A DNA stretch of 64,000 bases from Octopus sinensis (Eukaryota). The number at the start of each line of letters is the position of its first letter. Position 1 is the first letter of the stretch. Under the pieces are notes generated by a model that saw only the letters and a list, made by a program, of their open reading frames with translations, was not told where the DNA came from and searched no databases. Shown piece by piece: positions 38,127 to 52,457 of the stretch. The stretch covers positions 164,796,001 to 164,860,000 of the forward strand of contig NC_042998.1 in NCBI RefSeq assembly GCF_006345805.1, given 5' to 3'. A program made the position numbers and the translations under genes.

Positions 38127-38237
38127 TCGTTTCGGTTATCTCAGATATTTTTGCAACCGTCTGCGTATTCTCTTCGCGGATTAACTGGATACGCGATGTC
38201 TCTCGCAAGAGACGAAGGAAAAAAAGGAGAGCAAGGA

Positions 38238-38276
<39 letters not shown>

Positions 38277-38544
38277 GGGGAAGAAACAAAAACAGAAACA
38301 AGTAAAAATCACCACCAACAAAATACAAATTACTAAAACAATTACACCAACAACAACAACAACAGGAGAAGACTGGCAGAACTAGGTGTTAGATGAGATA
38401 TTTTACAAAAGAGACATGTATGTTATGAATGTATGAATTGGCTGTTACATATGAGACATGATGTCTTGATAAAAGGATTAGGCTTGTATTAACTTCATAG
38501 CTACGGTTTCTCTCTGTCTATCTTGATTTCACTTTTTCTCTCTC

Positions 38545-38580
<36 letters not shown>

Positions 38581-38897
38581 ACTTATTCTCCCTCTCTCTT
38601 ATTCTCTCTTTGTTTCTTTTTTCTTTCTTTCAGTCTTTTTTTTTTCCAACTCTAGTTCCTTTCTCCTTGTAACCCACTTCGGAAGTGAGAATAACGGTGG
38701 CGGTGGTGGCGCCGACGACGATGATGATGATGATGATGATGATTTTGACGATGGTGCGATGGTGATGGTGGTCGTCTTCGTTGTCGTCATCATGGTAGTT
38801 GTAATAGTGGTGGGGATATTGGGTGGTGATAGCAGAGATAATGGTGATGATGGTGGTTGTGAAAGTGATGACGACGAAGACGACGATAATGATGATA

Positions 38898-38941
<44 letters not shown>

Positions 38942-39369
38942 ATGTTTTAGCGTTACAGTGGATTGTTTGGAAGGGCTGTTGGACCTGATAATTGATGATG
39001 ATGATGATTGATGGTGATGAAGCGGAGGAATGACGACAGTACTTGATTAGTATGGATTAAACTATTCGCAAAAGCAGATATCATCCTTATCGTAAATATA
39101 CATGTTTATACACTCAATTAATCCATACTGATATATTTACATCCATATTCATATGTCCATACAACTAAGTGTTCACGCGTGTGAGAAGGGGCTAAAAGTA
39201 GAGAGTCGGAGATAGAAAGGGGGATTTAAGCATTAAATAAAAGAGTAAAGACCACTTTCGGTTACGAATAACCATGGGGCTGCACCTAAAAAGTTCCTTT
39301 CCCAGGCACAATCCGAGCAAAGTTGTTTATGGACCACCAGCCCTTGTGCGTGTGTGTGTGTGCGTTTGT

Positions 39370-39400
<31 letters not shown>

Positions 39401-39420
39401 AGGCGCATTCAAACAGTATA

Positions 39421-39805
39421 GATGGAAGCACTCCGTCGGTTACGACGACGAGGGTTCCGGTTGATCCGATCAACGGAACAGCCTGCTCGTGAAATTAACG
39501 TGTAAGTGGCTGAGCACTCCACAGACACGTGTACCCTTAACGTAGTTCTCGGGGATATTCAGCGTGACACAGAGAATGACAAGGCCGGCCCTTTGAAATA
39601 CAGGTACAACAGAAACAGGAAGTAAGAGTGAGAGAAAGTTGTGGTGAAAGAGTACAGCAGGGATCACCACCATCCCTGCCGGAGCCTCGTGGAGCTTTAG
39701 GTGTTTTCGCTCAATAAACACTCACAACGCCCGGTCTGGGAATCGAAACCGCGATCCTACGACCGCGAGTCCGCTGCCATAACCACTGGGCCATTGCGTC
39801 TCCAC
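39421..39805 (-). mobile_element. OR1-like SINE, tail X, 15-bp TSD
   Basis: TSD cattcaaacagtata at 39406-39420 and 39805-39819. Confidence 0.93.
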
Positions 39806-40104
39806 ATTCAAACAGTATATGCATAGACACATAATATATTTATATATGTATTTGTGTGCGTAGATGCGTGTCCGTGTCAGAGTTTCTATCTCACCACTAA
39901 GCAACCGGTATTGTCTAGTTTACGTCCTCATAACTTGGCAGTTCACCAGAAGAAATCCATAGAATAATTCGGAAACTTACCATAGGTACTGTGGCAACTG
40001 GTTCGTCTAAAACCTCCACAAAATGCTCCAGTATGACCGCAGTCCAATATCTGAAAGGAATGAATAAAAGAATATGTGTATATAAACCATATAAAAATAA
40101 CGCA

Positions 40105-40149
<45 letters not shown>

Positions 40150-40164
40150 ATAGATACATATGTA

Positions 40165-41060
40165 TGTATATGTACATTGGGTAGGGGACGTATGGCCCGT
40201 AGTCCTAGCCTTGGATGAATTTTGAAGCTAATGTTGGTGGTAATGCTGGTGGTATATTCTCCACATCGTGTAAATGATGTATCGCTCACAGCGACGCTGG
40301 AGAGAATAGAGTTTCAATGCTTAAAGACGGTCCCAATAATCGAGACCAATCATGCCCTTAATTCTTTTAGCGAATGACCTCTGGAGTGATTCAATTTTCG
40401 AAATGTTTTGTTTTGTATGGGGAGACCACAGGGGGCAGCAGTATTCGAGATGTGGCCTTAGAAAGGAGGAGAAAAGGGGAATGATAACACCTTGTTCTCT
40501 TGACCGGAAGGTTCTAAGAATCCAGAAGCTTATCCTACGAGCTATATCGACCTTATTGTTGATGTGGGCACTCCAGCTGAAATAGTTGTCAACAATTACT
40601 CCTACATATTTGATATTCTTAGACGCTCTGAGTCGTTCCTCGGAAGAGAGTATAGCTGTTTTAGCATAGTCCTTCTTCTGAAATTCACTAGCTCAAATTT
40701 TCCGTCGTTTAGTTGCATGTTGTTTTTGTCTGCACATTGACTCACAGCATGTAGACCAAAATCAATTTTATTATGGCCGACTCTGTCGAACACTTTACTG
40801 GAGTCAAGATATATGACATCAGAGTTCGAACCTGATTCCAAGGCTTTAAGGATATCATGTATGATGTAAGAATTGTGTTAGTCCCTGCCGCAACGAAAGC
40901 AATGCTGGTTTGAATTTAGGAGATTGTGGTCCTCCATGAAGCCAGCTATCCATCCATGATCTCACCACTCTTTCAAATACATAAATAATACGGGAGGTGA
41001 GTGAGGTTGGGCGATAGTTGACCGCGAGCATCTGTTTTCCTATTTGAAAACAGAAAAACA
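40165..41060 (-). pseudogene. CR1-like LINE RT relic with internal deletions
   Basis: [36 protein letters not shown], then HLEYCCPLWSPH...LQRSFAKRI...LKLYSLQRR; the YADD region is missing. Confidence 0.88.
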
Positions 41061-41171
41061 AGAAAAAGGGATAAGAGCTATTTCGATATATAGCCTGAGT
41101 CTAAGGAATCTCCAGAGGTTTTTCATATGTATGTATTATGTATATATATATATAATATATATATATATATA

Positions 41172-41247
<76 letters not shown>

Positions 41248-41299
41248 TGTATGTATATATATATATATATTATATATATATATATATATATACACATAC

Positions 41300-41331
<32 letters not shown>

Positions 41332-41356
41332 ATGTATATGTATATTATATATATAT

Positions 41357-41672
41357 CACCATCATCATCACGTGACCGACCAGTCCATCAGATGTAGTTA
41401 CACATCGCTCGTCACAATGCATTTGCATTGTTTTAGCCTTCGAATGACGCCACCCACCATGCTGGCTAAGCGAGCAGACCAACAGAAGAAAGAGTGGGAG
41501 AAAGAGCGGTGTGAAAGAAAGAGTACAGCAGGGATCACCACCCCATGCCGGAGCCTCGTGGAGCTTTAGGTGTTTCGCTCAATAAACATTCACAACGCCC
41601 GGTCTGGGAATCGAAACCGCGATCCTACGACCGCGAGTCCGCTGCCCTAAACACTAGGCCATTGCGCCTCCA
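41357..41672 (-). mobile_element. OR1-like head with tail Y
   Basis: Same head; tail ends ...gatgtgtaactacatctgatggactggtcggtcacgtga(tga)n in sense. Confidence 0.85.
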
Positions 41673-41701
41673 ACACACACACACAACACACACACACACA
41701 C

Positions 41702-41750
<49 letters not shown>

Positions 41751-42022
41751 GTTTATATATAAATGTAATATATATATATATCTATATATATATATATACA
41801 TATATATATATACATATATATATATCTATATATGTATATGTATCTATATGAATGTGTACATTCATATGTATATATACACATATATGTATATATGAATATA
41901 TATGTATACATATATATATATGTTTATATATGTATATGTATATATATGTATATATGTATATACGTGTATTACACCACGCACATTAAAAATGCACTCCCCT
42001 TAAGTAACGGGTGTACCCCGTG

Positions 42023-42068
<46 letters not shown>

Positions 42069-42659
42069 ATAACAATATACATATATATATATACATACAT
42101 ACATAAATAATATATATACATACATATATACATACATACATACATACATACATACATACATACATACACATACAAGGTGGTAACACCCATTATTTAAGGC
42201 AGCGCATTATTAATGTGTGCATATGCGTATGTATATACATATATACAGAGAGAGAGTGGGAGAGAGAGGTTGGGGTATCTATTTACTCTCTATTTCCAGC
42301 TGTCTCTCATAAAATATGTAGGATTTTTATTAAAATCTGATTTGTTATTTGTATTCACTTATATAGTGTAAGCATGCACTACATGCCTTGTGCTGATGCA
42401 GGAAATGCCACTGATACAATAACGTGTGTGCATGTGTATATATATATATGCACATGTGTATATGTCTGTGTATCTGTGTATTTGTAAATATACATGCATA
42501 TATATATGCGTGTGTGTGTATGTATATATATATATATATATGTACACCCACACACACACACATAAAGATATGTGCACAAATGCACTTTACTCTTGCATGC
42601 GCTTGTATACACATATATTTATATGTATTAATATGTATTAAAGTATATATAATATATAT

Positions 42660-42792
<133 letters not shown>

Positions 42793-43404
42793 CAGATAAG
42801 ATATATATGTATCTATAGATATATATATATATATATATATAATATATATATACTATATATATATATGTATATATATTATATATTATATATTATATATATA
42901 TATATGTATGTATATGTATGCATATTTATATACACACATAGGATTCATACGTCCATACATACACATGCACAAATGCACTTACACTCATAAACTCATGCAT
43001 ACGTATATCTAGTTGTAGGTATGTGTGTGTATAAACACACACATGCATGTTTGTAAGTATATTGTGCCCTTGTACTGACATATATTTGCGTGGGCATGTG
43101 TAAATGTGTATAGGAGCGTATGTAAAAATTTTGAGAAATACAGTTCTGAGAACTGTAAGAGAAAGAAACAGAACAGGAGTTAAGAGTAAAATAGGGAGGG
43201 AGAAGAGGGGAAGAAAGAGCAATTCTTTAATATGAAATTGAAAATATGCATTCTGTTAATATCGTATTTCTTAACCATAATGGGTTTTTATAAATATATT
43301 AATATGTAAATAACCTCTTTAGTTACGATCTCTTTTTTTTCTTCTCTAATGCCTAATATAAATAATACTTTGTCGCTTTGGCTGGAGGGAGAGGTGTGGA
43401 GAGA

Positions 43405-43566
43405 AATAATAATCGATTTCATCGACCCCCAATACTCACGACATTATTTTATTGACCCTGGAAATTATGAAAAGCAAAGGGTGCCCCAGTGAGATTTGAA
43501 CTTAGAACGTCGTCGGACAAATACTGCAAAGTATTTTCCCGCGTTTTTAACAATTCTAGCCAGCTT
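43405..43566 (-). mobile_element. Decayed OK-like SINE
   Basis: 'atcgatttcatcgacccc...gatttgaacttagaacgt...aacaattctagccagc'. Confidence 0.65.
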
Positions 43567-43822
43567 AGATTCATACGACATATGTTGCGTAAAAGCGTTT
43601 CAAAAATGTCTTCTTGAAATACGTATAGGCAAAACGGATTGCGCGGTAATACGGGTTCACAAATTTCCTAATTTCCTGCCCTACCTCTTTTACAAACTGT
43701 GGCTCCCATTACCTAGCATTAAACTCACCCGTGCGAATTCAGCCACCACCGTATTCCGTTTGGGTCGAAACCGAAGTCGCATTCATCCTCTCATTTTTAG
43801 CTAATGATTTACACCACACACA

Positions 43823-43854
<32 letters not shown>

Positions 43855-43904
43855 TACACACACGTGTATATTCATATGTGTGTATATGGGATATGCGGTG
43901 GTAT

Positions 43905-44030
43905 ATAGGAGGGGGTGCTGAAAGTTCCTGGCTTTGGGTAAAGAGAAAATACAGGAGGATCAGTTAATTACGGTTTTGTTGAACATATTCCCCTCTCAAA
44001 TTCACACACTTACAGTGGTCCTCCAGTAAA
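43905..44030. mobile_element. Mariner MITE end
   Basis: 'taggagggggtgctgaaagttcctggcttt', same family as 9542-9758. Confidence 0.7.
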
Positions 44031-44069
44031 CCTTGAATCGGAACAAATAATAATCCGAGGAGATATTTT

Positions 44070-44350
44070 CTCTAATCCTGACGTACATAAGCAATGGTTA
44101 AGCAGGGACCAACTTCCAGAACTTATCGCTAAACATGAGCGTTTCGAACACAAGATGATTCCCTGCGTCAGGTGGAATTTTGAAGGAATAAGTCACTACA
44201 ACTTCATTCCGGACAGTTGAATCACCGATCACCACCTGTACTCTGAACAGCTGGAGTGGGTGGATGTCATTGTGCAGCAAAAGTACCCCGCATTGGTTAA
44301 CAGGAAAGCGAGCTCTTCTGCAGCAAGACAACGCAAAACTTCATACTGGA
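44070..44350 (+). pseudogene. Mariner transposase fragment
   Basis: HKQWLSRDQLPE...CVRWNFEGISHY...LYSEQL...KYPALVNRK, then LLQQDNAKLHT after a frameshift. Confidence 0.85.
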
Positions 44351-44419
44351 ACCGACGTTATCAACTACCCTCTCCCACAAAACTTCAGACCTTGTGCCAT
44401 TGGTAAAAAGGACTCTCGT

Positions 44420-44636
44420 TAAGGGGACGAACTGGCAGAATTGTTAGTGCGTTAAGGAAATATTTAACGGCATTTTGTCCGTCTTTACGCTATGAGTTCA
44501 AATTCCACCGAGGTCGACATTTCCTTTCATCCTTTCGGGGTTGACAAGAGAAGTACCAGTCGAGTGTTGGGGTAGATGTAACAAAGTAGCATCTTCCTCA
44601 AAATATTTCAGGCATTCTGCCTTATAGTAAAAAGAA
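44420..44636 (+). mobile_element. OK-like SINE
   Basis: 'gacgaactggcagaattgttag...gagttcaaattccaccgaggtcgac'. Confidence 0.85.
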
Positions 44637-44953
44637 TTCATAAGACATTAGCAAATAATATCCTTCTTTTAGCAGGAGTTATTTACCAATTCCTGAGTAT
44701 TTTCTACTTATATCAAAAGATTTTAAAAGCTAGTCTAGATTGTAAAAGAAAAACACAACCCAAAAGCAATCAGATTGTTTATATTTAGGCATAAAGTAGG
44801 TAACTAAATATATATATTATACAATCCTGCTTATTTCTAATGTACTATAAATTTCATATGTATTATGTGAAAAATGATAAGTAATTTTTCAGACATACTA
44901 GCTAAACGATGAAATCTATATGTTCATAATACAAATACACGTATACATTCACA

Positions 44954-45029
<76 letters not shown>

Positions 45030-45468
45030 AGTGACAGAGAGAAAGGGGAGACAAGCACATTCATACTCATTCATGTTTGAAGATTGATGAAACAATATAT
45101 GTGTGCCCGAGTGTAAGCGTGCTCGTGTATGTGTGTATCTACGATAAATGTGCGTGTGTGTAAAGCACTACTCTTAGATTTCGTAAAATATGGCACATCG
45201 AATCTTTCCTTCAGTGTTTTCCCCTAACAGAGGCTTATATCGCCTTTCGCCAATTTTTATTTGTTTGTAAATTTTCGTCCAGTCTCTTTGGTGAATTTAT
45301 TCCGAGCTAAGTTCAAATGTGCCTAAGTAGGAGCAAAGCTGTGTGGGTGCATGCATGTATACGTGTATATATATATATATATATATATATGGTGTGTGTG
45401 GTGTGTGTGTGTGTGTTGTGTGTGCGCGCCGTGGGTGTGGGTGTGTGGGTGTTGTGTGTGGTGGTGTG

Positions 45469-45499
<31 letters not shown>

Positions 45500-45825
45500 A
45501 TACACATGGACACACACACACACAGAGCATATGTGGATTCGTGTTTCGGGACATAACTTTCGACATAACTTCTTGCACGGGTTTTTAAACCCAGATATAT
45601 GGAATGACACAATTATGGTAAAATTTCATTAAAACTTAGCACTGAAATCGGTGAAACTGGATCCAGGTCAGTTAAATATAACTCTTTTTCCTATATTGCA
45701 AAGAACAAAAATATTTTAGCCGCAAATCTCAAAAAAGAAATACCAAAACCTTTCTCTACAAAAAAACTCGAAAGCAGCATGTGACTCCTTATTTTCCTTA
45801 TATAATATAATAATATATTATATAT

Positions 45826-45880
<55 letters not shown>

Positions 45881-45948
45881 ATATATATATTATATATGTA
45901 TGTATGTATGTATGTTATATGTAGCATGTATGCATATATGTATATATG

Positions 45949-46013
<65 letters not shown>

Positions 46014-46089
46014 GGTCTCGGGTTTGATTCGGGGTTAATCCCCAGTAAATAAGCGTACTCAATACATAGCAGAGTAAAATAATTTATTA

Positions 46090-46234
46090 TATAGAAGGAG
46101 TTCTACAGCGACTAGAACTGTTTCATTCAAGAGAAATCTTCAGGAAGCTCCTGAAGATTTCATGGAATCTTAAGAATGATCCTGAAGATTCTCTCTTGAA
46201 TGAAACAGTTATAGTCCTGTATAGCTCCTTTATA
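46090..46234. repeat. Short palindrome, possibly a Penelope-type terminal fragment
   Basis: 'gaaggagttctacagcgactagaactgtttcattcaagagaaatcttcagga' is inverted as 'tcctgaagattctctcttgaatgaaacagttatagtcctgtatagctccttt'. Confidence 0.65.
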
Positions 46235-47283
46235 TATAAGAAATCTATATATATATAGATATATTATATATATATATATACCATATATATATACATAATA
46301 TATATAATGTATATATATATATATATAATATATATATATATAATATTATATATATATATCTATGTATAACACATATACATATATCTAGTATATCTATATA
46401 TACCATCTAGTATATACATATATATATATATATATATATAGATATATATATATATATAGAGAGGGAGAGAGAAGAGAGAGAGGAGAGAGAGAGAGAAATG
46501 AGACAGACAGACAAACAGACAGTCAGACAGAGACTGATAGAGAGATACAAATTTGAAATAATTTAAATTATGAATTTGGGCCATACAAATGGGGGTGAAC
46601 GATATAGAACAGTAGCAACACTGAGCATGTTTCATACTTATTATACCTTTTTTGCCTAATTCCATCTTTAGCAGAATACTCAGACAGAGATGACATCATA
46701 TTCTTTTTGACTAAGCTACTTTTCGTTGCTTAGACCAAAATCAACCCTGATCTAATTATGAAAGGCACTCTGCCCATTAATTCCCCTTTCCATACATTTG
46801 GCACTGCATTTTTAAATGTATATTTCTTTATACAAGACAATAAATAAGATTTCCCTTTCAGTTAGTTTCGGTAGCTATTTCTAGCATGAAGGTAGCTATT
46901 TCTAGAATGAAGGCAGTCACATTGAGAGAATGCTGTCAATGTTATTGTTGCTATTATCGTCATATTTTACTGTCAAACTCATCAACATTATTACTTGCAG
47001 CATTGTAATTATCAGTATAATCACAATTTTCGCCTCTATCGTCATCGCAATTTACGTCGTCATCCTCACCATCCTTCCCATCATCATCATAATCATCATT
47101 ATCATCTTCAGCGACATTATTACCATCGTTATTCACCCACATCGTCATCATCATCATCATCGTTGTCATCGTCGTCATCATTAGCTTTGCCAAGACCACC
47201 ATCGGGTTTATTAATTCATACGTATCGCAACTGCAACCACCGACAGCTGAGATTATGCTCCCCTTTCCCCCCTTCCCTCCTCC

Positions 47284-47355
<72 letters not shown>

Positions 47356-48390
47356 CCTCCATAATTACCCAAGTTTTCGGCATCTCATCTGAAATATTCC
47401 ATAAATAAAATATTGAATAACCTACAAGTATGATCGATGTCCAGCCGATCTCTGGCTACAAATGAGTTGGAATACGTGTTACTATGCGCATGTTTGCTTG
47501 CGTAAATGCGTACGCGTTATGTATGTATGTATGCCTGCACGCATGCATGTACGTTCGTATGAACATGAATATGAGCGTATGTAAATATGTACGTATACGT
47601 ATATACATATGAACTTGTATATGAACATGTGTATATATGTATGTGTTTGTGTTTGTGTGGATTTGTGGATTTGTGTGTGTATGTGTGTGTGTGCGTGTGT
47701 GTGCGTGTACCCTTGCGTATGCATGTACATATTGATGTTATATATCAATGCATGTATGTGCTGCGTGTGCCTGTCTATGGTGGGTTTTGCAATTGTACAT
47801 ATTAATTGCTTTACTGTGGTCAAATTGACCAACATGCAATCACAATAATCACGCTATTTTATAGCTCAGCCAGTAGGAAGGAATTGTGCACGTGACCTTT
47901 CTTTGCCCTCTGAGACTGGTGAGATCAACGCAGTTTATGTTTAGCTTCGAACATCTGTAAGTCGATTCCTGCATGGAATATTTTGGTGGGATTGAAGAGC
48001 TACGAAGGGCGATCGATGAGCTACAAATAATTACCAAATGTCTTTCAAATCATGAGCTACCGTATAAAAAAAAGTAGGGAAAATGACATCATAATATAAT
48101 TGTATATTACCTAAAAGTAACATGCCCTGAGTATGACTTTAAACTACATCCGTTAGTGGGGCCCTATTATTAGAGTAACAGGGTTTTTGAGGTGTGTGAG
48201 ACCACTTCTTAACCAATATTGCTCCTGGCACTACTCTGACAAACAGTAGAATCACCTGTTAGGGCTCCAACTGTGTGTCAACTAGCATGAGAACAACTGG
48301 GAGTGAAGAACCCCTAATTCTTGTTAGATCTTCCTTCTAGAATTAGGTAAGCTTGCATATAAACCCCTTGGTTTCTAATCGTCTCAACCT

Positions 48391-48828
48391 CTTTTCTACA
48401 CCATGCCCAAGGCCCGAAATTTTGGGGGAGGGTCCAGTCAATTAGATCGACTCCAGTACGCAACTGGTGCTTAATTTATTGACCCCGAAAAGATTAAAGG
48501 CGAAGTCGATCTCGGCGGAATTTGAACTCTGAACGTAGCGGCAGACGAAATACCGCTAAGCATTTTCCCCCGGCGCGCTGACGTTTCTTGTTTCTTATTT
48601 CTTTACTGCCCATTAGTGGCTACACACAGAGGGGACAAACAAGGACAGACAAACGGATTAAGTCGATTATATCGACCCCAGTGCGTAACTGGTACTTATT
48701 TAATCGACCCCGAAAGGATGAAAGGCAAAGTCGACCTCGGCGGAATTTGAACTCAGAACGTAGCGGCAGACGAAATACCGCTAAGCATTTCGCCCGGCAT
48801 GCTAACGTTTCTGCCAGCTCGCCACCTT
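48391..48828 (-). mobile_element. Dimeric OK-like SINE with degenerate TSD
   Basis: aatcgtctcaacct (48377-48390) and aagtcgtctcagcct (48829-48843); monomer with alternative tail followed by a second monomer. Confidence 0.85.
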
Positions 48829-48849
48829 AAGTCGTCTCAGCCTCTGTTG

Positions 48850-50000
48850 TATTACTGGTGTTACGACTGATTGTGCTGAAAAGTAGGTTCAGTGCTGTGC
48901 AACACTTTATCCACTCAAAACAAATTCACGCACAGGAACTTCCTGGAATAATTGCATGAATTTACTGAGTTTTGGAAGTGGTCTTACTCGGTCACAAATC
49001 GGATTCCATCACCTAAAAGAACAATCAGAATCATCTCGGCTGGAATGCTTTTTATCGTAGGTCATCTTAGATCTGGTTTGCTTCGTGCATGGGTAACTGT
49101 ACATCTTCTGTAAAAACATTAGCTAGCTTTGTATCATAGAAAGGAATTTGACAGGGTTTCGATCCACGGTTACGTTAAATATCATGGACGTAGACATCGG
49201 GCGAAGATAGGTGAAGCAAACATATTGAGCCCTGACACAATTACAATATGACGTCACTTATGACAGCCTATAACTGTGTTCTGACTTTGTTGTTGCTTTT
49301 TGGGTATCTTACCGTGTGCTGTGTAGTTGTTGCTATTGTTGTTAGTGTCCTTGCTGTTGTTCACATTGATGTAGTTATTTAGCTCCAGGCCAACCATGTT
49401 TGGGTAGACCTCGATAAAATTAAATCATTGGGGAAATAAGAAGTTTATCCATTTATCATACAAAATCTAGCTAATTCTTCAATGTCGGCTTCCCTTTCTG
49501 AAAGGATTGTGCATCATTTTAGGATTATTTTTCGACTATTTCTAACAGAACAGGCAACCACGTAGATATCGCTTGTGCCAGCATGGTTTAAGTTAGCCAT
49601 AGGCAAACTACGGTTCGTAAGGCTTTCTCAATAGCACACCAACGAAAAATTGAAGGTCATTAGTATTGCGGCCCGCCTGATTCAGATCCATGTCTCTTGC
49701 CACCCACTTCTTGAACAAGGTTAACCATGAATGTTCAAGGGTATGCTTCAGATGTATAAACTGCTTTACGACAACTTCCTACTTCACAGAGTCGAACTCA
49801 CTGAGACTGTTGTCTGAAGCATTCAACCATACTGTATTGGTGAACTTGGTAATGATTCACACTTGCTCTTCGTAGACGGTAGCTTTACAGCTTCCAGCGC
49901 GTTTGTGATTTTGTATAACTCTCCAAATCTCTGAGACGCTGTTACATACAGTGGAAATACGATGTGCTCGCACAAGCTTGCTGTCTACGATTACAAACAG
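48850..50000 (-). pseudogene. Decayed RTE-like RT relic
   Basis: ...VSEIWRVI...NSLSEFDSVK*EVVVKQ...TL resembles LW.IL...LSE.F.V..GVKQG..LAPTL; FNVTVDRNP downstream. Confidence 0.45.
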
Positions 50001-50252
50001 CATTTTAAACTGTTTTTCATAAGAAATTTTAAATTCCCAGTGTGCATTTGAAAGTTTGATGAATGACTATTCTTTGACAAGAAAACCATTGCTTTGCCCT
50101 TTCGTGGCTCAAATGTAAGCATTCAAACATATATAGGTTCAATGATACCATATATCACATATGCATACGCACTCATGATTGTGTGTATGTCAACGTATGT
50201 GCATAAATGTGTGCATATATACACATACATATATTTATATATATATATTTAT

Positions 50253-50482
50253 AGGCGACGAGCTGGCAGAATCGTTAGCACGCCGGGCAAAATGCATAGC
50301 CGTATTTCGTCTGTTTTGACGTTCTGAGTTCAAAATCCGCCGAGGTCGACTTTGCCTTTCATCCTTTCGGGGTCGATAAATTAAGTACCAGTTACGCACT
50401 GGGGTCGATGTAATCGACCCAATCCGTTTGTCTGTCCTTGTTTGCCCCCTCTATGTTTAGCCCCTTGTGGGTAATAAAGAAA
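50253..50482 (+). mobile_element. Young OK-like SINE with alternative tail
   Basis: Tail 'gtttgtctgtccttgtttgccccctctatgtttagccccttgtgggtaataaagaaa'; flanked by atatatttat. Confidence 0.92.
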
Positions 50483-50629
50483 CATATATTTATATATATG
50501 TATATACATATATGCATATATATGTGTGTATATACACACACACATACGTGTGTGTGTGTGTGGATGCATTTGTGTGGATGCATTTGTGTGTGCGCGTGTG
50601 TGCGTGTATCTAAATGTTTGTACATACAT

Positions 50630-51002
50630 ATAGGCATAAACGGGGCCTGTGGTAAGAGGCTTGTTTCCCAACCACATGATTCTGGGTTCATTCTCATTGC
50701 ATGTCTTCTACTGTAGCCTCGGGCCGACCAAAGCCTTATGAGTGGATTTGGTAGACGTATGTTTGTGTTTATGTGTGTGTGTGTGCGTGCGCGCGCGTGT
50801 GTGTGTCTTTGTATCTGTATTCGTCCCCCACCACAAACCGGACAACTGGTGTTGGTTTGTTCAAGTACCTGCAACTTAGCGCTTCGCTAGAAGGGGACTG
50901 ATGGAATTAGAACCAAGCTTTAAAAAAAAAAAGTAACTGTAAAAGTTCTTGAAAGAGGTGCCCTAGCATGGCCGCAGTCTAATGACTGAAACAGATAAAA
51001 TA
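50630..51002 (+). mobile_element. OR2-like SINE with internal (TG)n
   Basis: 'tgtggtaagaggcttgtttcccaaccac...gcctcgggccgaccaaagcc...gcatggccgcagtctaatgactgaaac'. Confidence 0.85.
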
Positions 51003-51109
51003 TTATTATAATGACACATAACTACAGACAGACAGACATACACATATATATATATATATATAATATATATAAATATATAATATATATATATATAATATAT
51101 ATATATAAT

Positions 51110-51474
51110 ACTAGCAGTATCGCCCGGCGTTGCTCGGGTTTGTAATGGAATAACTATAAAGCATTTTTAGAGAGTTATAGCCAAAAAATAGCAAAAAAAT
51201 GGAAAAAATTATGGTAAATTTTCTTTTGAGAGTTAAAAAGGTCGAGTTGCGTCCCCTAGACAGTCTGTGGTTTGTGTTTCTGATTCTCGACCCCATGTCA
51301 AATTTATCGATTGTTTTCAGAACTGGGGGGACTTTTCAAAATTTTCGCTGCGTTAGTTTTGAATTATGACATTGGGCTATGTTGTGTCAAGTTTCATCAG
51401 AATCGGTTGAAAGCCGTGGTCAGGGTGAGGGTACAACCTGACAGACACACAGACACACACAGAGACAAACTGCC

Positions 51475-51520
<46 letters not shown>
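51110..51520 (+). mobile_element. Helentron/DINE-1-type non-autonomous element (HINE-like)
   Basis: 5' 'actagcag' plus stem-loop 'gcccggcgttgctcggg'; 3' (gaca/caca) microsatellite, then 'tttatata...tagaa'; inserted in a TA-rich site. Confidence 0.7.
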
Positions 51521-51521
<1 letters not shown>

Positions 51522-52116
51522 ATATATATATACGTATACATATATCAAATTAATCAGCTGCCGCCTTCTCTGCCTTGGGCATTTGTTGAGTGGAAGAGGT
51601 GCAGCCAAATGAAGTCACTGTCCTCAGATATGCACTGGTAGCTTCATCCGGGTACTTACAAAGTTGTGGTTTATTACCTTAACGTCTTTCATCCAACAGA
51701 TATATATGCTCCAAGGTATTCGACCCGTGGCTAACCTGCTTTACTCAGGACCTCATTTGAACCGCATTCTTTAAAAATTCATTACATGCAATTTGACCGA
51801 TTTTTAGCAGGTCAACTGACAACGTTGAACGTCCATTGTTCTTGTAAGAGTAGTAGTTGTAGTAGGAGCAGTAATGGTGGTGACGTATTGTATATTTTAG
51901 CGCGTTTTTACGTTAGTGTATATACTTATGTATATAATTTCCCAACTCTGCTAAAGTTATTACATAACATTACACCAACATTACATTCTCGCTCTAACTA
52001 TGAAATATCTATTTTCATCATACATGCGTGAGTATATGTGTATACATACAGATATATATATATGTGTGTGTGTTTGTATGTATGTGTGCGTGTATACATA
52101 TATATGTGTGTATACT

Positions 52117-52157
<41 letters not shown>

Positions 52158-52180
52158 ATACATATCTGTGTGTGTGTGTG

Positions 52181-52215
<35 letters not shown>

Positions 52216-52412
52216 CATGTGTGGGGTTTAGACAGAAAAAAAGGAACTATGCATGAATCATCAGCAAGCTCTGCGTGATCAGTGAGATCGATAGGGTTGT
52301 TGTCTAAATTTGAAGACCTACATCACGTAGTCTTCAGGAATTCTTCGCAACAGGCTGAAGATAAGTTACATATAAATACACTACAAGGTTCAATGCCCGT
52401 CAACAGACATTG

Positions 52413-52457
<45 letters not shown>

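Noticed and set aside
47865-48077. Exon-like segment and the peptide MEYFGGIEELRRAIDELQ...
   Set aside because: Joining needs an intron of about 43 nt with a weak acceptor, and no family is recognised
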